Source: Methanobacteriota archaeon (GTDB lineage Archaea; JAADCQ01; Methanopyri; Methanopyrales; Methanopyraceae). From it: a DNA stretch of 38,047 nt. Made by a program: the position numbers and the translations under genes. The notes beneath the pieces were generated by a model. It did not search any database. It saw only the letters and a list, made by a program, of their open reading frames with translations, and had not been told where the DNA came from. The stretch lies in assembly GCA_027064305.1 (NCBI GenBank), contig JAMOPY010000032.1, positions 1 to 38,047 of the forward strand, given 5' to 3'. This document shows positions 1 through 9,520 of this stretch, piece by piece; the stretch's first letter is position 1, and every line of letters starts with the position of its first letter.

Positions 1-282
1 CAGCACGTGGTGCGGGTACACCCGGATCTTCAGGTGGTAGTTCTCCCGGCCCACGGTCTTCGTGAGGTACCGGTTCGCCGCGACGCGCGCCGCCTCCAGC
101 GCGTTGTGCGTCACCTGCGCCCGCTCCTTCGCGACCAGGGACATCTCCAGGTCGAAGTCCTTCGACGGGTCACCCATGTCGAACTGCCGGATCTTCGGGT
201 CCGGCACTCCCTTAATGTACTCCTTCCGCGTGTACGCCGGGCCCTTCCACTCCCGGTAAATCCGGGCCGGGCGGTTCACCAA
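1..282 (-). CDS. rpl10e: 50S ribosomal protein L10e/uL16, 5' part (runs off window start)
   Basis: Not in the ORF track. Manual reverse translation gives (M)[36 protein letters not shown]...[15 protein letters not shown]...[13 protein letters not shown], typical archaeal L10e. Start is TTG at 282 or GTG at 279, after GGTGAGGGGG. Confidence 0.95.
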   Translation of the reverse strand, partial: MVNRPARIYREWKGPAYTRKEYIKGVPDPKIRQFDMGDPSKDFDLEMSLVAKERAQVTHNALEAARVAANRYLTKTVGRENYHLKIRVYPHHVL

Positions 283-313
283 CCCCCTCACCCCGCGCTC
301 CACCATTGAGAGA

Positions 314-322
314 ATTTTAAAA
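314..322. promoter_or_regulatory. AT-rich TATA-like box between divergent rpl10e and the 358 ORF
   Basis: ATTTTAAAA island in otherwise very GC-rich DNA; it could serve either direction. Confidence 0.55.
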
Positions 323-357
323 CGGTATCGTGAATCCCACCACCCAGGGCTCCGGGT

Positions 358-1209
358 ATGAGCCCGATGATCCTCGCCCTGCTCGTTCTCATCTCCGGAG
401 CGACGGCGGGGACGGCGACCGGCCACCCGATGAGCACCCTGCCGCAGGTCCAGGCGCCGACGCAGGCTCCGACTGCGCACCCAACCGCCGTCGACGACAG
501 TCAGGAACGGGTGACCGAGGTCGCAACGCCGTCCCCAGGGATCACCGAGCGCGCGACGAACGGCGCGATGACCGCGCGCGCCGCGGGCGGGCCCGGCGTC
601 GGTTACGACTCGAGCGTTACCCTCTCGGCGGGCGACCGGTCCGGCGAGGCCTACCGGTTGGACCCGTCGGACCAGCCGACGTCGCCCGGTCAGGGAGCCG
701 GGGACACCACGCAGTACCTGAGCATCGCCCAGCAGATGTCGTCCGACCTCATCGACGCGATTAAGCACGCGATGAACGCCGCGCTGGACCTCCTGCAAGG
801 CCAGGCCCTGCGTGAGCCCATCGGTCCCACGGGGTTCGCGGCGCTGATCGTCCTGCCGGCGATCAAGGCCGTCGTCCAGCAGCGGCTGATCCAGCAGATC
901 AACCGGCCTCTCGTTCAGTTCCACCTGGAGCTGCTCAAGGTGATCCGGCCGAACGTCAGCCTCGTGAACCTGATATCAGTGGCCGGGGCCGCCACCCAGG
1001 AGGCCATCAAGGACGCCCTCAAGGAGCTGGATCCCGTAAAGCGACTCTTCGACATGATCGAGGACAGGGAGAAGCACTCCACCAGCGAGCGGGAGGAGAA
1101 CGCGTACAGGGAGGCCGAGAGCGAGCTGAACAGCGCGCTGAACAGCCTGGCCAAGTACCTGGCCACCTGGGTCTACGTGCTGACGGCGGCGGCCGTTCCG
1201 ACCCTTTAA
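358..1209 (+). CDS. Hypothetical secreted/membrane protein (lineage-specific)
   Basis: 283 aa ORF with a signal-peptide-like N-terminus ([15 protein letters not shown]), a Thr/Pro/Ala-rich linker, a helical C-half and a hydrophobic C-tail. No family recognised. Confidence 0.7.
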   Translation: MSPMILALLVLISGATAGTATGHPMSTLPQVQAPTQAPTAHPTAVDDSQERVTEVATPSPGITERATNGAMTARAAGGPGVGYDSSVTLSAGDRSGEAYRLDPSDQPTSPGQGAGDTTQYLSIAQQMSSDLIDAIKHAMNAALDLLQGQALREPIGPTGFAALIVLPAIKAVVQQRLIQQINRPLVQFHLELLKVIRPNVSLVNLISVAGAATQEAIKDALKELDPVKRLFDMIEDREKHSTSEREENAYREAESELNSALNSLAKYLATWVYVLTAAAVPTL

Positions 1210-1248
1210 GGGCCCTTCCCTCCCCGTTTCAACGCCCTCAATGATCCC

Positions 1249-1256
1249 CTTTTAAG
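1249..1256 (+). promoter_or_regulatory. Putative TATA box of hdrA
   Basis: CTTTTAAG about 75 nt upstream of the GTG start; SD GGGGTGA at 1317-1323. Confidence 0.5.
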
Positions 1257-1329
1257 TTCCGGCGCCCGTGAGCGGGGTCCGGACGGCGAGGTGGTGAACC
1301 CCCTACAACGGGAAAGGGGGTGAAAACCG

Positions 1330-3342
1330 GTGGGCGACAAGGACGACGTCAGGATCGGCGTGTTCGTGTGCCACTGCGGCGTGAACATCAAGGGCGTCGT
1401 GGACATCGACGAGGTCGTGGAGTACGCCAAGCAGCTGCCCGGCGTGGTGTACGTCGACGAGTACCCGTTCTTCTGCTCGGACCCGGGTCAGAACATCATC
1501 AAGGAGGCCATCGAGGAGTACGACCTGGACCGCGTCGTGGTGGCCGCGTGCACGCCGAAGATCCACGAGAACACGTTCCGGAACTGCGTCAAGGAGGCGG
1601 GACTGTCCCCGTACTACATGGAGATGGTCAACATCCGGGAGCAGTGCTCGTTCGTGCACCTGGACGATCCGGAGGAGGCCACGGAGAAGGCGAAGGCGCT
1701 GATCCGCGCCGGGGTCGAGCGGGCGCGCAGGCTGGAGGACGTGCCCATCAAGGAGGTCGAGGTCGAGGATAGCGTGCTCATCATCGGCGGCGGTATCGCG
1801 GGCATCCAGGCGGCGCTGGACCTGGCGGACCAGGGCTTCAAGGTGTACCTGGTCGAGAAGGAGCCGTCGATCGGCGGTAACATGGCGAAGCTGGCGAAGA
1901 CGTTCCCGACGGACGACTGCGCCATGTGAATCCTGGCGCCGAAGATGGTGCAGGTGGGCAACCACCCGAACATCGAGCTGATCACCTACGCGGAGGTCAA
2001 GGACATCGACGGTCACATCGGCAACTTCGAGGTCACCATCGAGAAGAAGCCGCGGTACGTGGACGAGGACGCGTGCACGGGCTGCGGCGTCTGCGCGGAG
2101 GTCTGCCCGATCGAGGTGCCCAACGAGTTCGATCATGGGGTCGGCACCCGGAAGGCGATCTACGTGCCGTTCCCGCAGGCGATGCCGCTGGTGTACACGA
2201 TCGATCGGGAGCACTGCATCGAGTGCCGGCTGTGCGAGGAGGCGTGCCCGCAGGACCCGCCGGCGATCGACTTCGACCAGGAGCCGGAGGAGATCCGGCT
2301 CAAGGTGGGCACGATCATCGTCGCCACGGGCTACGAGGAGTTCGACCCGAGCGTGCTCGAGGAGTACGGCTACGGCCGGTACGACAACGTAATCACCACG
2401 CTGGAGCTCGAGCGGATGCTGAACCCGGCGGGCCCGACGGAGGGTCACGTGATCCGGCCGAGCGACGGCAAGGAGCCGAAGCGGATCGTGTTCATCCACT
2501 GCGTGGGCTCGCGGTGCCCGGGCAAGGAGGAGAAGGGGCACCCGTACTGCAGCCGGATCTGCTGCATGTTCATCCTCAAGAACGCGCAGCTGATCAAGCA
2601 GCACGACCCGGACGCGGAGGTCTACTGCTGCTACATGGACGTGCGGGCGTTCGGTAAGGGCTACGAGGAGTACTACGAGCGAGCGCAGAAGCAGTTCGGC
2701 GTGCGGTTCATCCGCGGGCGGCCGGCGGAGATCATCGAGGACCCGGAGACCAAGAACCTCATCGTGCGCGTCGAGGACACGCTCACCGGCGAGCCGCTGG
2801 AGATCGAGGCGGACCTGGTCGTCCTCGGCTGCGCGCTGGTCGCGCCGGAGGAGACGTACAGCAAGCTCGCCGACATGCTGGGCATCGACCGGTCGCCGGA
2901 CGGGTTCTTCAAGGAGCTGCACCCGAAGCTGGAGCCGGTCAGCACGAAGGTCCGCGGCGTCCAGATCGCCGGCGTGGCGCAGGGTCCGAAGGACATCCCG
3001 GACACGGTGGCCCAGGCGAAGGGTGCCGCCAGCGAGGCCAGCATCCCGATGTCGCAGGGTAAGGTCGAGCTGGAGCTGATCACGGCCACCGTCGACGAGG
3101 AGATCTGCGGCGGCTGCGGCGCGTGCGCGCAGGTGTGCCCGTTCAACGCGATCGAGATGGTGGAGAAGGACGGCCGGCGGGTCGCCGAGGTCGAGGAGGT
3201 CTCCTGCGAGGGCTGCGGGCAGTGCGCCGCGGCGTGCCCGAGCGGCGCCATGCAGCTGCGGTACTACCGCGACGAGCAGCTGATGCCGCAGATCGAGGCG
3301 CTGCTCGAGGAGGCGCTGGGCGAGGAGGAAGAGGAGGAGTAG
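1330..3342 (+). CDS. hdrA: Heterodisulfide reductase subunit A, selenocysteine-containing (670 aa, Sec at codon 200)
   Basis: ORFs 1330-1929 and 1945-3342 are one frame interrupted by TGA at 1927-1929 in KTFPTDDCAM-U-ILAPKM, where HdrA has a conserved Cys. Also present: N-terminal GVFVCHCG, FAD motif IIGGGIAG, several CxxCxxCxxxCP ferredoxin motifs, and a SECIS in the 3' UTR. Confidence 0.97.
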
Positions 3343-3368
3343 GGACCGTGAGCCGGACTCACGGTCCC
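3342..3368 (+). terminator. Perfect 11-bp GC-rich hairpin directly after the hdrA stop (stability/processing element)
   Basis: GGGACCGTGAG-CCGGA-CTCACGGTCCC. Confidence 0.5.
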
Positions 3369-3426
3369 GTCCCCCGATGACCCCGCCCCCGAAGGGCGAA
3401 ACGCCCAGGGGGCGGGGGATGGGGGC
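3369..3426 (+). promoter_or_regulatory. SECIS element (3' UTR of hdrA)
   Basis: CCCCGCCCCC-GAA-GGGCG-AAA-CGCCC-A-GGGGGCGGGG (3381-3417): a 10-bp stem, GAA/A internal loop and short GC apical stem, which is the archaeal SECIS consensus. It is flanked by AUGA.../...GA and a basal stem. Confidence 0.9.
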
Positions 3427-3442
3427 CTCACGCCCGTCGCCA

Positions 3443-3465
3443 ATCGTTATGATTTTCATAACGAT
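3443..3465. repeat. Palindromic motif ATCGTTA-N9-TAACGAT, copy 1
   Basis: ATCGTTATGA-TTT-TCATAACGAT, a perfect 10-bp inverted repeat. Confidence 0.75.
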
Positions 3466-3528
3466 CGCCCGACACCCTATTCACAGCCTTCGCGCGGGTG
3501 AGCGTCCCCGTTCTCAGGGGGACTCCCG

Positions 3529-4476
3529 TTGACCGCCCGGATGGGCGTGATCGGCGTCGGGATGATGGGCAGCAACCACGCGCGGGTGTACCACGAGCTG
3601 GAGGAGACGGAGCTGGTGGCCGTGTGCGACGTGAACGAGGAACGCGCCCGGGAGATCGCCCGCCGGTACGGGGCCAACTGGTACACGGACCACGAGAAGA
3701 TGCTGCGGGAGGAGGAGCTGGACGGCGTGAGCGTCTGCGTGCCCACCAAGTACCACGCGGACGTCGCCGTCGACGCCCTGGAGGCCGGCGTCCACGTCCT
3801 CGTGGAGAAGCCCATCGCCGACACGGTCGAGAACGCCCTCCGCATCATCGAGGCCGCGGAGGAGCACGGGCTGAAGCTCGCCGTCGGCCACATCGAGCGG
3901 TTCAACCCCAGCGTGATCAAGGCCAAGGAGGTCATCTCCCGCGGGGACGTGGGCGACATCGTCGTCATGTCCGCCAAGCGGGTCGGCCCCTACCCACCGA
4001 GGATCCGGGACGTGGGCGTGATCGTGGACCTCGCCGTGCACGACATCGACGTCATGATGTACCTCACCGAGTCCGACGTGGTCGAGGTGTACGCGGCCGC
4101 CGGCTCGGCGATCGTCCGCACCCGGGAGGACTACGCGGAGATCATGCTCAAGTTCGAGGGCGACCCGACCGGGCTCATCGAGGTGAACTGGCTGACCCCG
4201 TACAAGGAGCGCCGGCTGGAGGTCACGGGCCGGGAGGCCATCCTCGAGGTCCAGTACATCGACCAGGAGCTCCGGATGATGGACGAGGAGGGGGTCAAGG
4301 TGTTCAACATCGAGCGCGAGGAGCCGCTGAAGATCGAGCTCCGGGACTTCGCCGAGGCCATCCTCGAGGACCGGGAGCCCGTAGTGGACGGGACGACCGG
4401 GCTCAAGGTGCTCCGCACCGCGATCGCCGCGCTCGAGTCCGTCGAGCGGAACGAGCCCGTATCCCTGGAGGACTGA
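3529..4476 (+). CDS. Gfo/Idh/MocA family NAD(P)-dependent oxidoreductase (UDP-sugar 3-dehydrogenase-like)
   Basis: GVIGVGMMG Rossmann motif, VLVEKP, GHIERFNP, DLAVHDID; TTG start. Confidence 0.9.
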   Translation: MTARMGVIGVGMMGSNHARVYHELEETELVAVCDVNEERAREIARRYGANWYTDHEKMLREEELDGVSVCVPTKYHADVAVDALEAGVHVLVEKPIADTVENALRIIEAAEEHGLKLAVGHIERFNPSVIKAKEVISRGDVGDIVVMSAKRVGPYPPRIRDVGVIVDLAVHDIDVMMYLTESDVVEVYAAAGSAIVRTREDYAEIMLKFEGDPTGLIEVNWLTPYKERRLEVTGREAILEVQYIDQELRMMDEEGVKVFNIEREEPLKIELRDFAEAILEDREPVVDGTTGLKVLRTAIAALESVERNEPVSLED

Positions 4477-4496
4477 CCCGTTCCACCCCGACAACA

Positions 4497-4506
4497 TTAT
4501 AAAATA
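4497..4506 (+). promoter_or_regulatory. TATA box of the tuf-rps10 operon
   Basis: TTATAAAATA about 50 nt upstream of ATG; SD GGAGG at 4544-4548. Confidence 0.75.
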
Positions 4507-4553
4507 GGCGACTCCGGCCCGCCCGAAAGCACCGGAGCGAGGGGGAGGATTCC

Positions 4554-5822
4554 ATGTCCGAGAAGGAGCACATCAACCTCGCCTTCATCGGGCACGTGGA
4601 CCACGGTAAGTCCACCCTGGTGGGCCGACTCCTGTACGACACCGGCGTGATCGACGACAAGGACCTGGGCGAGGGAGAGGACAAGTTCCGCGTGGTCATG
4701 GACACGCTGGAGGAGGAGCGGGAGCGCGGCGTGACCATCGACCTGGCCCACACCAAGTTCGAGACCGACAACTACGAGTTCACGATCGTGGACTGCCCGG
4801 GCCACCGCGACTTCGTTAAGAACATGATCACCGGCGCCAGCCAGGCCGACGCCGCCATCCTCGTCGTCGCCGCCGACGACGGCGTGATGCCGCAGACCAA
4901 GGAGCACGCCTTCCTGGCCAAGACCATGGGCATCGACCAGCTGATCGTCGCGATCAACAAGATGGACCTCGTGGACTACGACCAGGACCGCTACGAGGAG
5001 GTCAAGCAGGAGGTGGCCGAGCTCCTGAAGACCATCGGCTACAACGTGGACGAGATCCCGTTCATCCCCATCAGCGCCTTCAAGGGCGACAACGTCGTTG
5101 AGAGAAGCGACAACATGCCCTGGTACGACGGCCCGACGATCCTCGAGGCCCTGGACCAGCTGAAGCCGCCCGAGAAGCCGGTCGACAAGCCGCTGCGCAT
5201 CCCGATCCAGGACGTGTACTCCATCACCGGAGTCGGTACCGTGCCCGTGGGCCGCGTCGAGACCGGCGTCCTGGAGGTGGGCGACACCGTCCGGTTCGAG
5301 CCCGTGTACACGGCCACCGGCGGGCGCAAGGGTGAGGGCGAGGTCCGAAGCATCGAGATGCACCACGAGGAGATCGAGCGCGCCGAGCCGGGCGACAACA
5401 TCGGCTTCAACGTGAAGGGCGTCGGCAAGAACGACATCAGCCGCGGCGACGTCGCCTGCCACCCGGACGAGCCGGCGACCGTGGTCACCCCGGACGACAC
5501 GTTCATCGCCCAGATCGTCGTGCTGCAGCACCCGAGCGCGATCTCCGTCGGCTACACGCCGGTGTTCCACTGCCACACCGCCCAGGTCGCCTGCAAGTTC
5601 GAGGAGCTGATCGAGAAGATCGACCCGGCCACCGGTGAGGTCATCGAGGAGAACCCGGACTTCCTGAAGACCGGAGAGGCCGCCCGCGTCCGCATCCGGC
5701 CCACCAAGCCGATGGTCATCGAGGAGGTCAGCGAGATCCCGCAGCTGGGCCGGTTCGCCATCCGAGACATGGGCCAGACCGTGGCGGCGGGCATGTGCGT
5801 CAAGATCGAGAAGGAGGAGTAG
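4554..5822 (+). CDS. tuf: Translation elongation factor EF-1 alpha
   Basis: [53 protein letters not shown]. Confidence 0.99.
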   Translation: MSEKEHINLAFIGHVDHGKSTLVGRLLYDTGVIDDKDLGEGEDKFRVVMDTLEEERERGVTIDLAHTKFETDNYEFTIVDCPGHRDFVKNMITGASQADAAILVVAADDGVMPQTKEHAFLAKTMGIDQLIVAINKMDLVDYDQDRYEEVKQEVAELLKTIGYNVDEIPFIPISAFKGDNVVERSDNMPWYDGPTILEALDQLKPPEKPVDKPLRIPIQDVYSITGVGTVPVGRVETGVLEVGDTVRFEPVYTATGGRKGEGEVRSIEMHHEEIERAEPGDNIGFNVKGVGKNDISRGDVACHPDEPATVVTPDDTFIAQIVVLQHPSAISVGYTPVFHCHTAQVACKFEELIEKIDPATGEVIEENPDFLKTGEAARVRIRPTKPMVIEEVSEIPQLGRFAIRDMGQTVAAGMCVKIEKEE

Positions 5823-5865
5823 CCCGCCCCACGCCCCTCCCACACTTCTTCCCGGGTGAGCCCCC

Positions 5866-6174
5866 ATGGCCCAGGAGGTCCGGCTCAAGCTCTCCAGCAC
5901 CGACCACCGCAAACTCGAGGAGGTGTGCGAGCGCATCAAGAAGGTGGTCGAGGAGACCGGCGCCCACATGTCGGGGCCCATCCCGCTGCCGACGAAGCGC
6001 CTGATCGTGCCCACGCGCCGCTCCCCGGACGGCGAGGGCAAGGCCACCTGGGACAAGTGGGAGATGCGCATCCACAAGCGGCTGATTGACATCCGAGGCG
6101 ACGAGCGCACCATCCGACGCCTGATGCGGATCCACATCCCCGAGGAGGTGCACGTCGAGATCATCATGAAGTAG
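5866..6174 (+). CDS. rps10: 30S ribosomal protein S10 (uS10)
   Basis: SGPIPLPTK...RRSPDGEG...WEMRIHKRLIDI; canonical position after tuf; SD GGTGA. Confidence 0.99.
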   Translation: MAQEVRLKLSSTDHRKLEEVCERIKKVVEETGAHMSGPIPLPTKRLIVPTRRSPDGEGKATWDKWEMRIHKRLIDIRGDERTIRRLMRIHIPEEVHVEIIMK

Positions 6175-6197
6175 GGCCCGGGTGACCGCCCCGGGCC
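6175..6197 (+). terminator. GC hairpin directly after the rps10 stop
   Basis: GGCCCGGG-TGACCGC-CCCGGGCC, 8-bp stem. Confidence 0.5.
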
Positions 6198-6198
6198 A

Positions 6199-6221
6199 AT
6201 CGTTAATCATCCCGTAACGTT
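6199..6221. repeat. Palindromic motif ATCGTTA-N9-TAACG(A/T)T, copy 2
   Basis: ATCGTTA-ATCATCCCG-TAACGTT. Preceded by GCCA as in copy 1; overlaps the last codons and stop of the convergent gene. Confidence 0.7.
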
Positions 6222-7486
6222 CCGCCGCCCAGCAGCGCCCGCTCCCACGAGGTCAGCGACGGGCACACCGAGCACCCCAACCGGTAGAACCCCCGCTCGT
6301 ACAGCCCGCTCACCGGCAGCCCCAGCCGGAACAGCGTCCCCAGCACCTCCGCCCCGCTCCACCACTTCAACGGGTTCACCTCCGGCACCTCCAGCATCCG
6401 ATTCTCGTGCACCGGGGGCCTCAGCCGCCTCCTCCTACTCTCCGCGTCCCGATCCCCCACCACCAGCACCGGATCCTCCAGCCCGCTCACCACCCTCCGG
6501 ATCCCGGCCACCTTCACCCCCGTGCACCACCGATCCTCCGGAGTGGGCCGCTTCCTCCTCAACCCCCGACGGAACGCGTCCGAAACGTCCACGCGCTCGA
6601 CCTCCACGCCCAGCGCGTCCTCCAACTCCTCCACCACCTCCCGACCCAGGTCGAACCCCGTGTCCACGTACACCGCGACCAGATCCAGCCCCAGCTCGTC
6701 CGCCACCTCCCGACCCAGCGCCAGGCAGCACGCGCTGTCCTTCCCGCCGCTGACCGGCACGACCACCTCCGAGAACCCCTCCACGTGCTCCCTCAGGAAC
6801 TCCAGCGACTCCTCGAACCGCTCCCTCAACACCCCCTCGTTCACCCGCACGAACTCGTCCAAGTCGAACGGCTCCCCCTCGCCCAGCCGACCCGCCTCCG
6901 GCTCCCCCTCGTCCGGGGTCACCAGCCGCAGTACCGGCCGTCCCGAACCGTCGTAGAGCACCTCCTCGGGCGGGTTGCCGGGCCGGCGCACCGAGAGGTA
7001 CGCCCCCGGTTCCAGCTCCACCCCCGTCACCTCCCGCACCGACTCCGCGAACCGGCCCCACCGCAGGAACAGGTCCGCGTCCTGGTCCTCCACCACCGGC
7101 CGCCCCGACCGCAGCTCCGGCACGCCGCGGAACGCCACGCTGAGCCGCGGGACCGCCCGGCCCAGCTCGATCGCGTCCACAATCTCCACCAGCCGCGCGT
7201 TCCGAACCTCCGCCTTCCCCACGTTCACGATCGCCCAGTCGTCCACCAGCATCGCCCGGGACCGGGCCCGGTCCGGGTACGTCCTCCGACCCAGCAGCAG
7301 CACCTTCCACAACGCATTTGACTCCTCGAAAATCCCCCGGCAGGTCCCCACGATCCAGGAGAAGTCCCGCTCCCCCCGCACCGTGTCCACGACCCACTCC
7401 CAGTCCGGGTAGTACCGCTCCAGCGCCGACTCCACGGCCGACGCATCCTTCCGGGCCCGCACGACCACGTGCAGCCGCCCGCGCAA
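6203..7486 (-). CDS. Phosphoadenosine phosphosulfate (PAPS) reductase family protein
   Basis: PP-loop VSGGKDS, DTG, RWCT...K, GDRDAESRRR, LYERGFYRLGCSVCP; extra N-terminal domain. Confidence 0.85.
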   Translation of the reverse strand: MRGRLHVVVRARKDASAVESALERYYPDWEWVVDTVRGERDFSWIVGTCRGIFEESNALWKVLLLGRRTYPDRARSRAMLVDDWAIVNVGKAEVRNARLVEIVDAIELGRAVPRLSVAFRGVPELRSGRPVVEDQDADLFLRWGRFAESVREVTGVELEPGAYLSVRRPGNPPEEVLYDGSGRPVLRLVTPDEGEPEAGRLGEGEPFDLDEFVRVNEGVLRERFEESLEFLREHVEGFSEVVVPVSGGKDSACCLALGREVADELGLDLVAVYVDTGFDLGREVVEELEDALGVEVERVDVSDAFRRGLRRKRPTPEDRWCTGVKVAGIRRVVSGLEDPVLVVGDRDAESRRRRLRPPVHENRMLEVPEVNPLKWWSGAEVLGTLFRLGLPVSGLYERGFYRLGCSVCPSLTSWERALLGGGTLRDD

Positions 7487-7509
7487 CCGGATCCCCCCGG
7501 GGTGCTCCC

Positions 7510-9520
7510 ATGAGCGAGGGGGAGCGCTGGCGGCTGAGCTGGGAGGGTGAGCGTCCCGAGCGCGCCGACGTCGAGCTCTCGGAGTTCTCCCCCCGGCTGC
7601 CCGACGCGCCCGCCTACACCCACCAGGTCGAGACGGTCGAGCGGCTGCGGGAGGCGAACGTGCTGCTGACCGCCGGGATGGGGGCCGGCAAGACCGAGGC
7701 GGCCCTGGCGGCCGTGGAGCACCTGGGGCTCAAGCCCGCCGTGTTCGTGTACCCCACCAAGGCCCTCGCCCGGGACCAGGCCGAGCGCATGATCGAGTAC
7801 GGGTTCCACGTCGTGATCGCCGACGGCGACCACCCGGGCTGGCGCTCCCGCATCGACGACGCCGAGCTCGTGCTCACCAACCCGCAGATGATCTGGGTGC
7901 ACGCCCAGGAGGGCCTGGACTTCTGGCGGTTCCTCAAGGACCGCGCCGCCTGCGTGGTCTGGGACGAGGTCCACTTCTACGACCCGCGCCAGGCCAACCT
8001 CCTCCTGGGCATCGTCCGGGCCCTCCGGGACCGGCGCCACCTCTTCATGTCCGGCACCGTGGGCCACCCGGACCGCTTCTGCCGCGAGGTGGAGCGGGCC
8101 ACCGGGGTCCCCTGCGCGCACGTCCGCGGCCGCGGCAAGATGGCCCCCCCGGACCTTCCGGGCCCTCGACTCGGGCTCGCTGAAGGATCTCATCCGGGAG
8201 GTCGCCGAGTGCGCCGAGCGGGGGGAGAAGACCCTCGTTTTCCTGCGCTCCCGCGCCCAGGTGGAGCACACGTACCAGGTCCTGCGGCGCCGCTTCGGGC
8301 TGGAGGACCGGGTCACGATCCACCACGGGGCCCTGCCCAGGGAGGAGCGGTGGCGGTCGGAGCGCGCCTTCAAGAGCCACGTGCCCGTCATGCTCACCGT
8401 GAAGACCCTGGAGGTGGGCATCGACATCGGCTCCGTCTCCCGGGTGATCCACTACGGGCTGCCCGAGAAGGTCTCCGACTTCTGGCAGCGGGAGGGGCGC
8501 GCCGGGCGAAGGGGCCAGCCGGCCGAGTCCCTGATCTTCCCGGCCGACCCGTGGACGCGGTTCGTCACCTCCTCCCCCACCCGGTTCCGCCGGGCGTACC
8601 TGGAGGGACAGGTCGAGCGGATCCTGGCCGACCACCGCTCCCCTACGTCCGCGCCCCCCGACAAGAACCCATCGCGGTCTTTCTACGGGGAGAAGGAGGT
8701 CTACCGGGTCGTGCGCGCGGACGACCCGCGCAGGCTCCTGAAGGACCAGCTGGACCCGGAGGACGTGCCCCGCTCCTGGGCGCCCGGGTGCGCCTTCCGG
8801 TACCGGGGAGACGTGTGGATCGTGGTGGGACCTCCCGACGAGGAGCGCCGGACGATCCCGGCCCTACCGGCGGAGGAGTACGACCCCTCGGTCCGCCAGC
8901 TCATCGACGAGGGCTGGTGGCCGTACCCCCGGATCGAGATCGAGGCCGAGGCCAGGGAGGGGGAGGATCCCGAGGGGTGCGGGCTGGGCCACGTGAAGAT
9001 CCGCTGGACGGACACGGTCCTCGTCCCGCCCCCGGACGTGCCCGACCAGCCCATCCTGCTGGAGTCCGGCGACCTCACCGTACGGATCCGCGCCTTCTAC
9101 GTCCGGCTTCACGACCCCCGGCTGCGGTCGTCCCGACGGGCCAGCTCCGCCGAGCTCGCCATCCACGCGCTCACCTACGCGCTGAAGCTGGTGTCCGGCG
9201 CCCCACTCAACCTCATCGATCATTACGTACACGAGTCCGCGTACGCCGAGCTGCCCGAGGGTGAGATCCGGAGCGCCGCGTACCTGCTCCTCTACGAGGC
9301 CCCGCCCGCCGTCATGCCGCTGCTCGAGTGGGAGCGAGCCGCGCTCAAGGCGGAGCAACTGATCGAGCGGGAGGCTCCGGAGAACCTGCGCCTTCCCCGC
9401 TGCCCGTGGCCGAGCCGCTCGGACCCCGATCCCTCACCCCGACTCGCCTGCCAATACCTCCACGCCGTCCTCGAGCGGATCCAAACGCTGCGAGAACGCG
9501 TGCGAAGGGAGGAGCTGTAG
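7510..9520 (+). pseudogene. DEAD/DEAH-box helicase of MrfA/YprA/Hrq1 type, split by a +1 frameshift at the C7 run 8144-8150
   Basis: Frame 1 from ATG 7510 has AGMGAGKT, VYPTKALARDQ, LTNPQM, DEVH, SGT. Frame 2 has KTLVF, HHG, TLEVGIDIG, QREGRAGR and DUF1998-like IHALTYAL/LYE. Removing one C joins them into 669 aa. May be an intact gene with a sequencing error. Confidence 0.8.

Noticed and set aside
1330-1929. hdrA as two genes or a nonsense pseudogene
   Set aside because: The TGA aligns with a conserved Cys and a SECIS follows the gene, so Sec recoding explains it.
1303-3459. 718-aa minus-strand ORF, and similar long antisense/alternate-frame ORFs (4497-6167, 21302-22804, 25383-27086, 35122-36984 and others)
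   Set aside because: Shadow ORFs of well-conserved genes, caused by high GC and strong codon bias. Their translations are low-complexity R/G/P/H-rich or V/L/D-rich with no motifs.
7318-9264. 648-aa ORF as a complete protein
   Set aside because: Only 7510 to about 8150 is helicase-like; the remainder is out-of-frame read-through past the frameshift.
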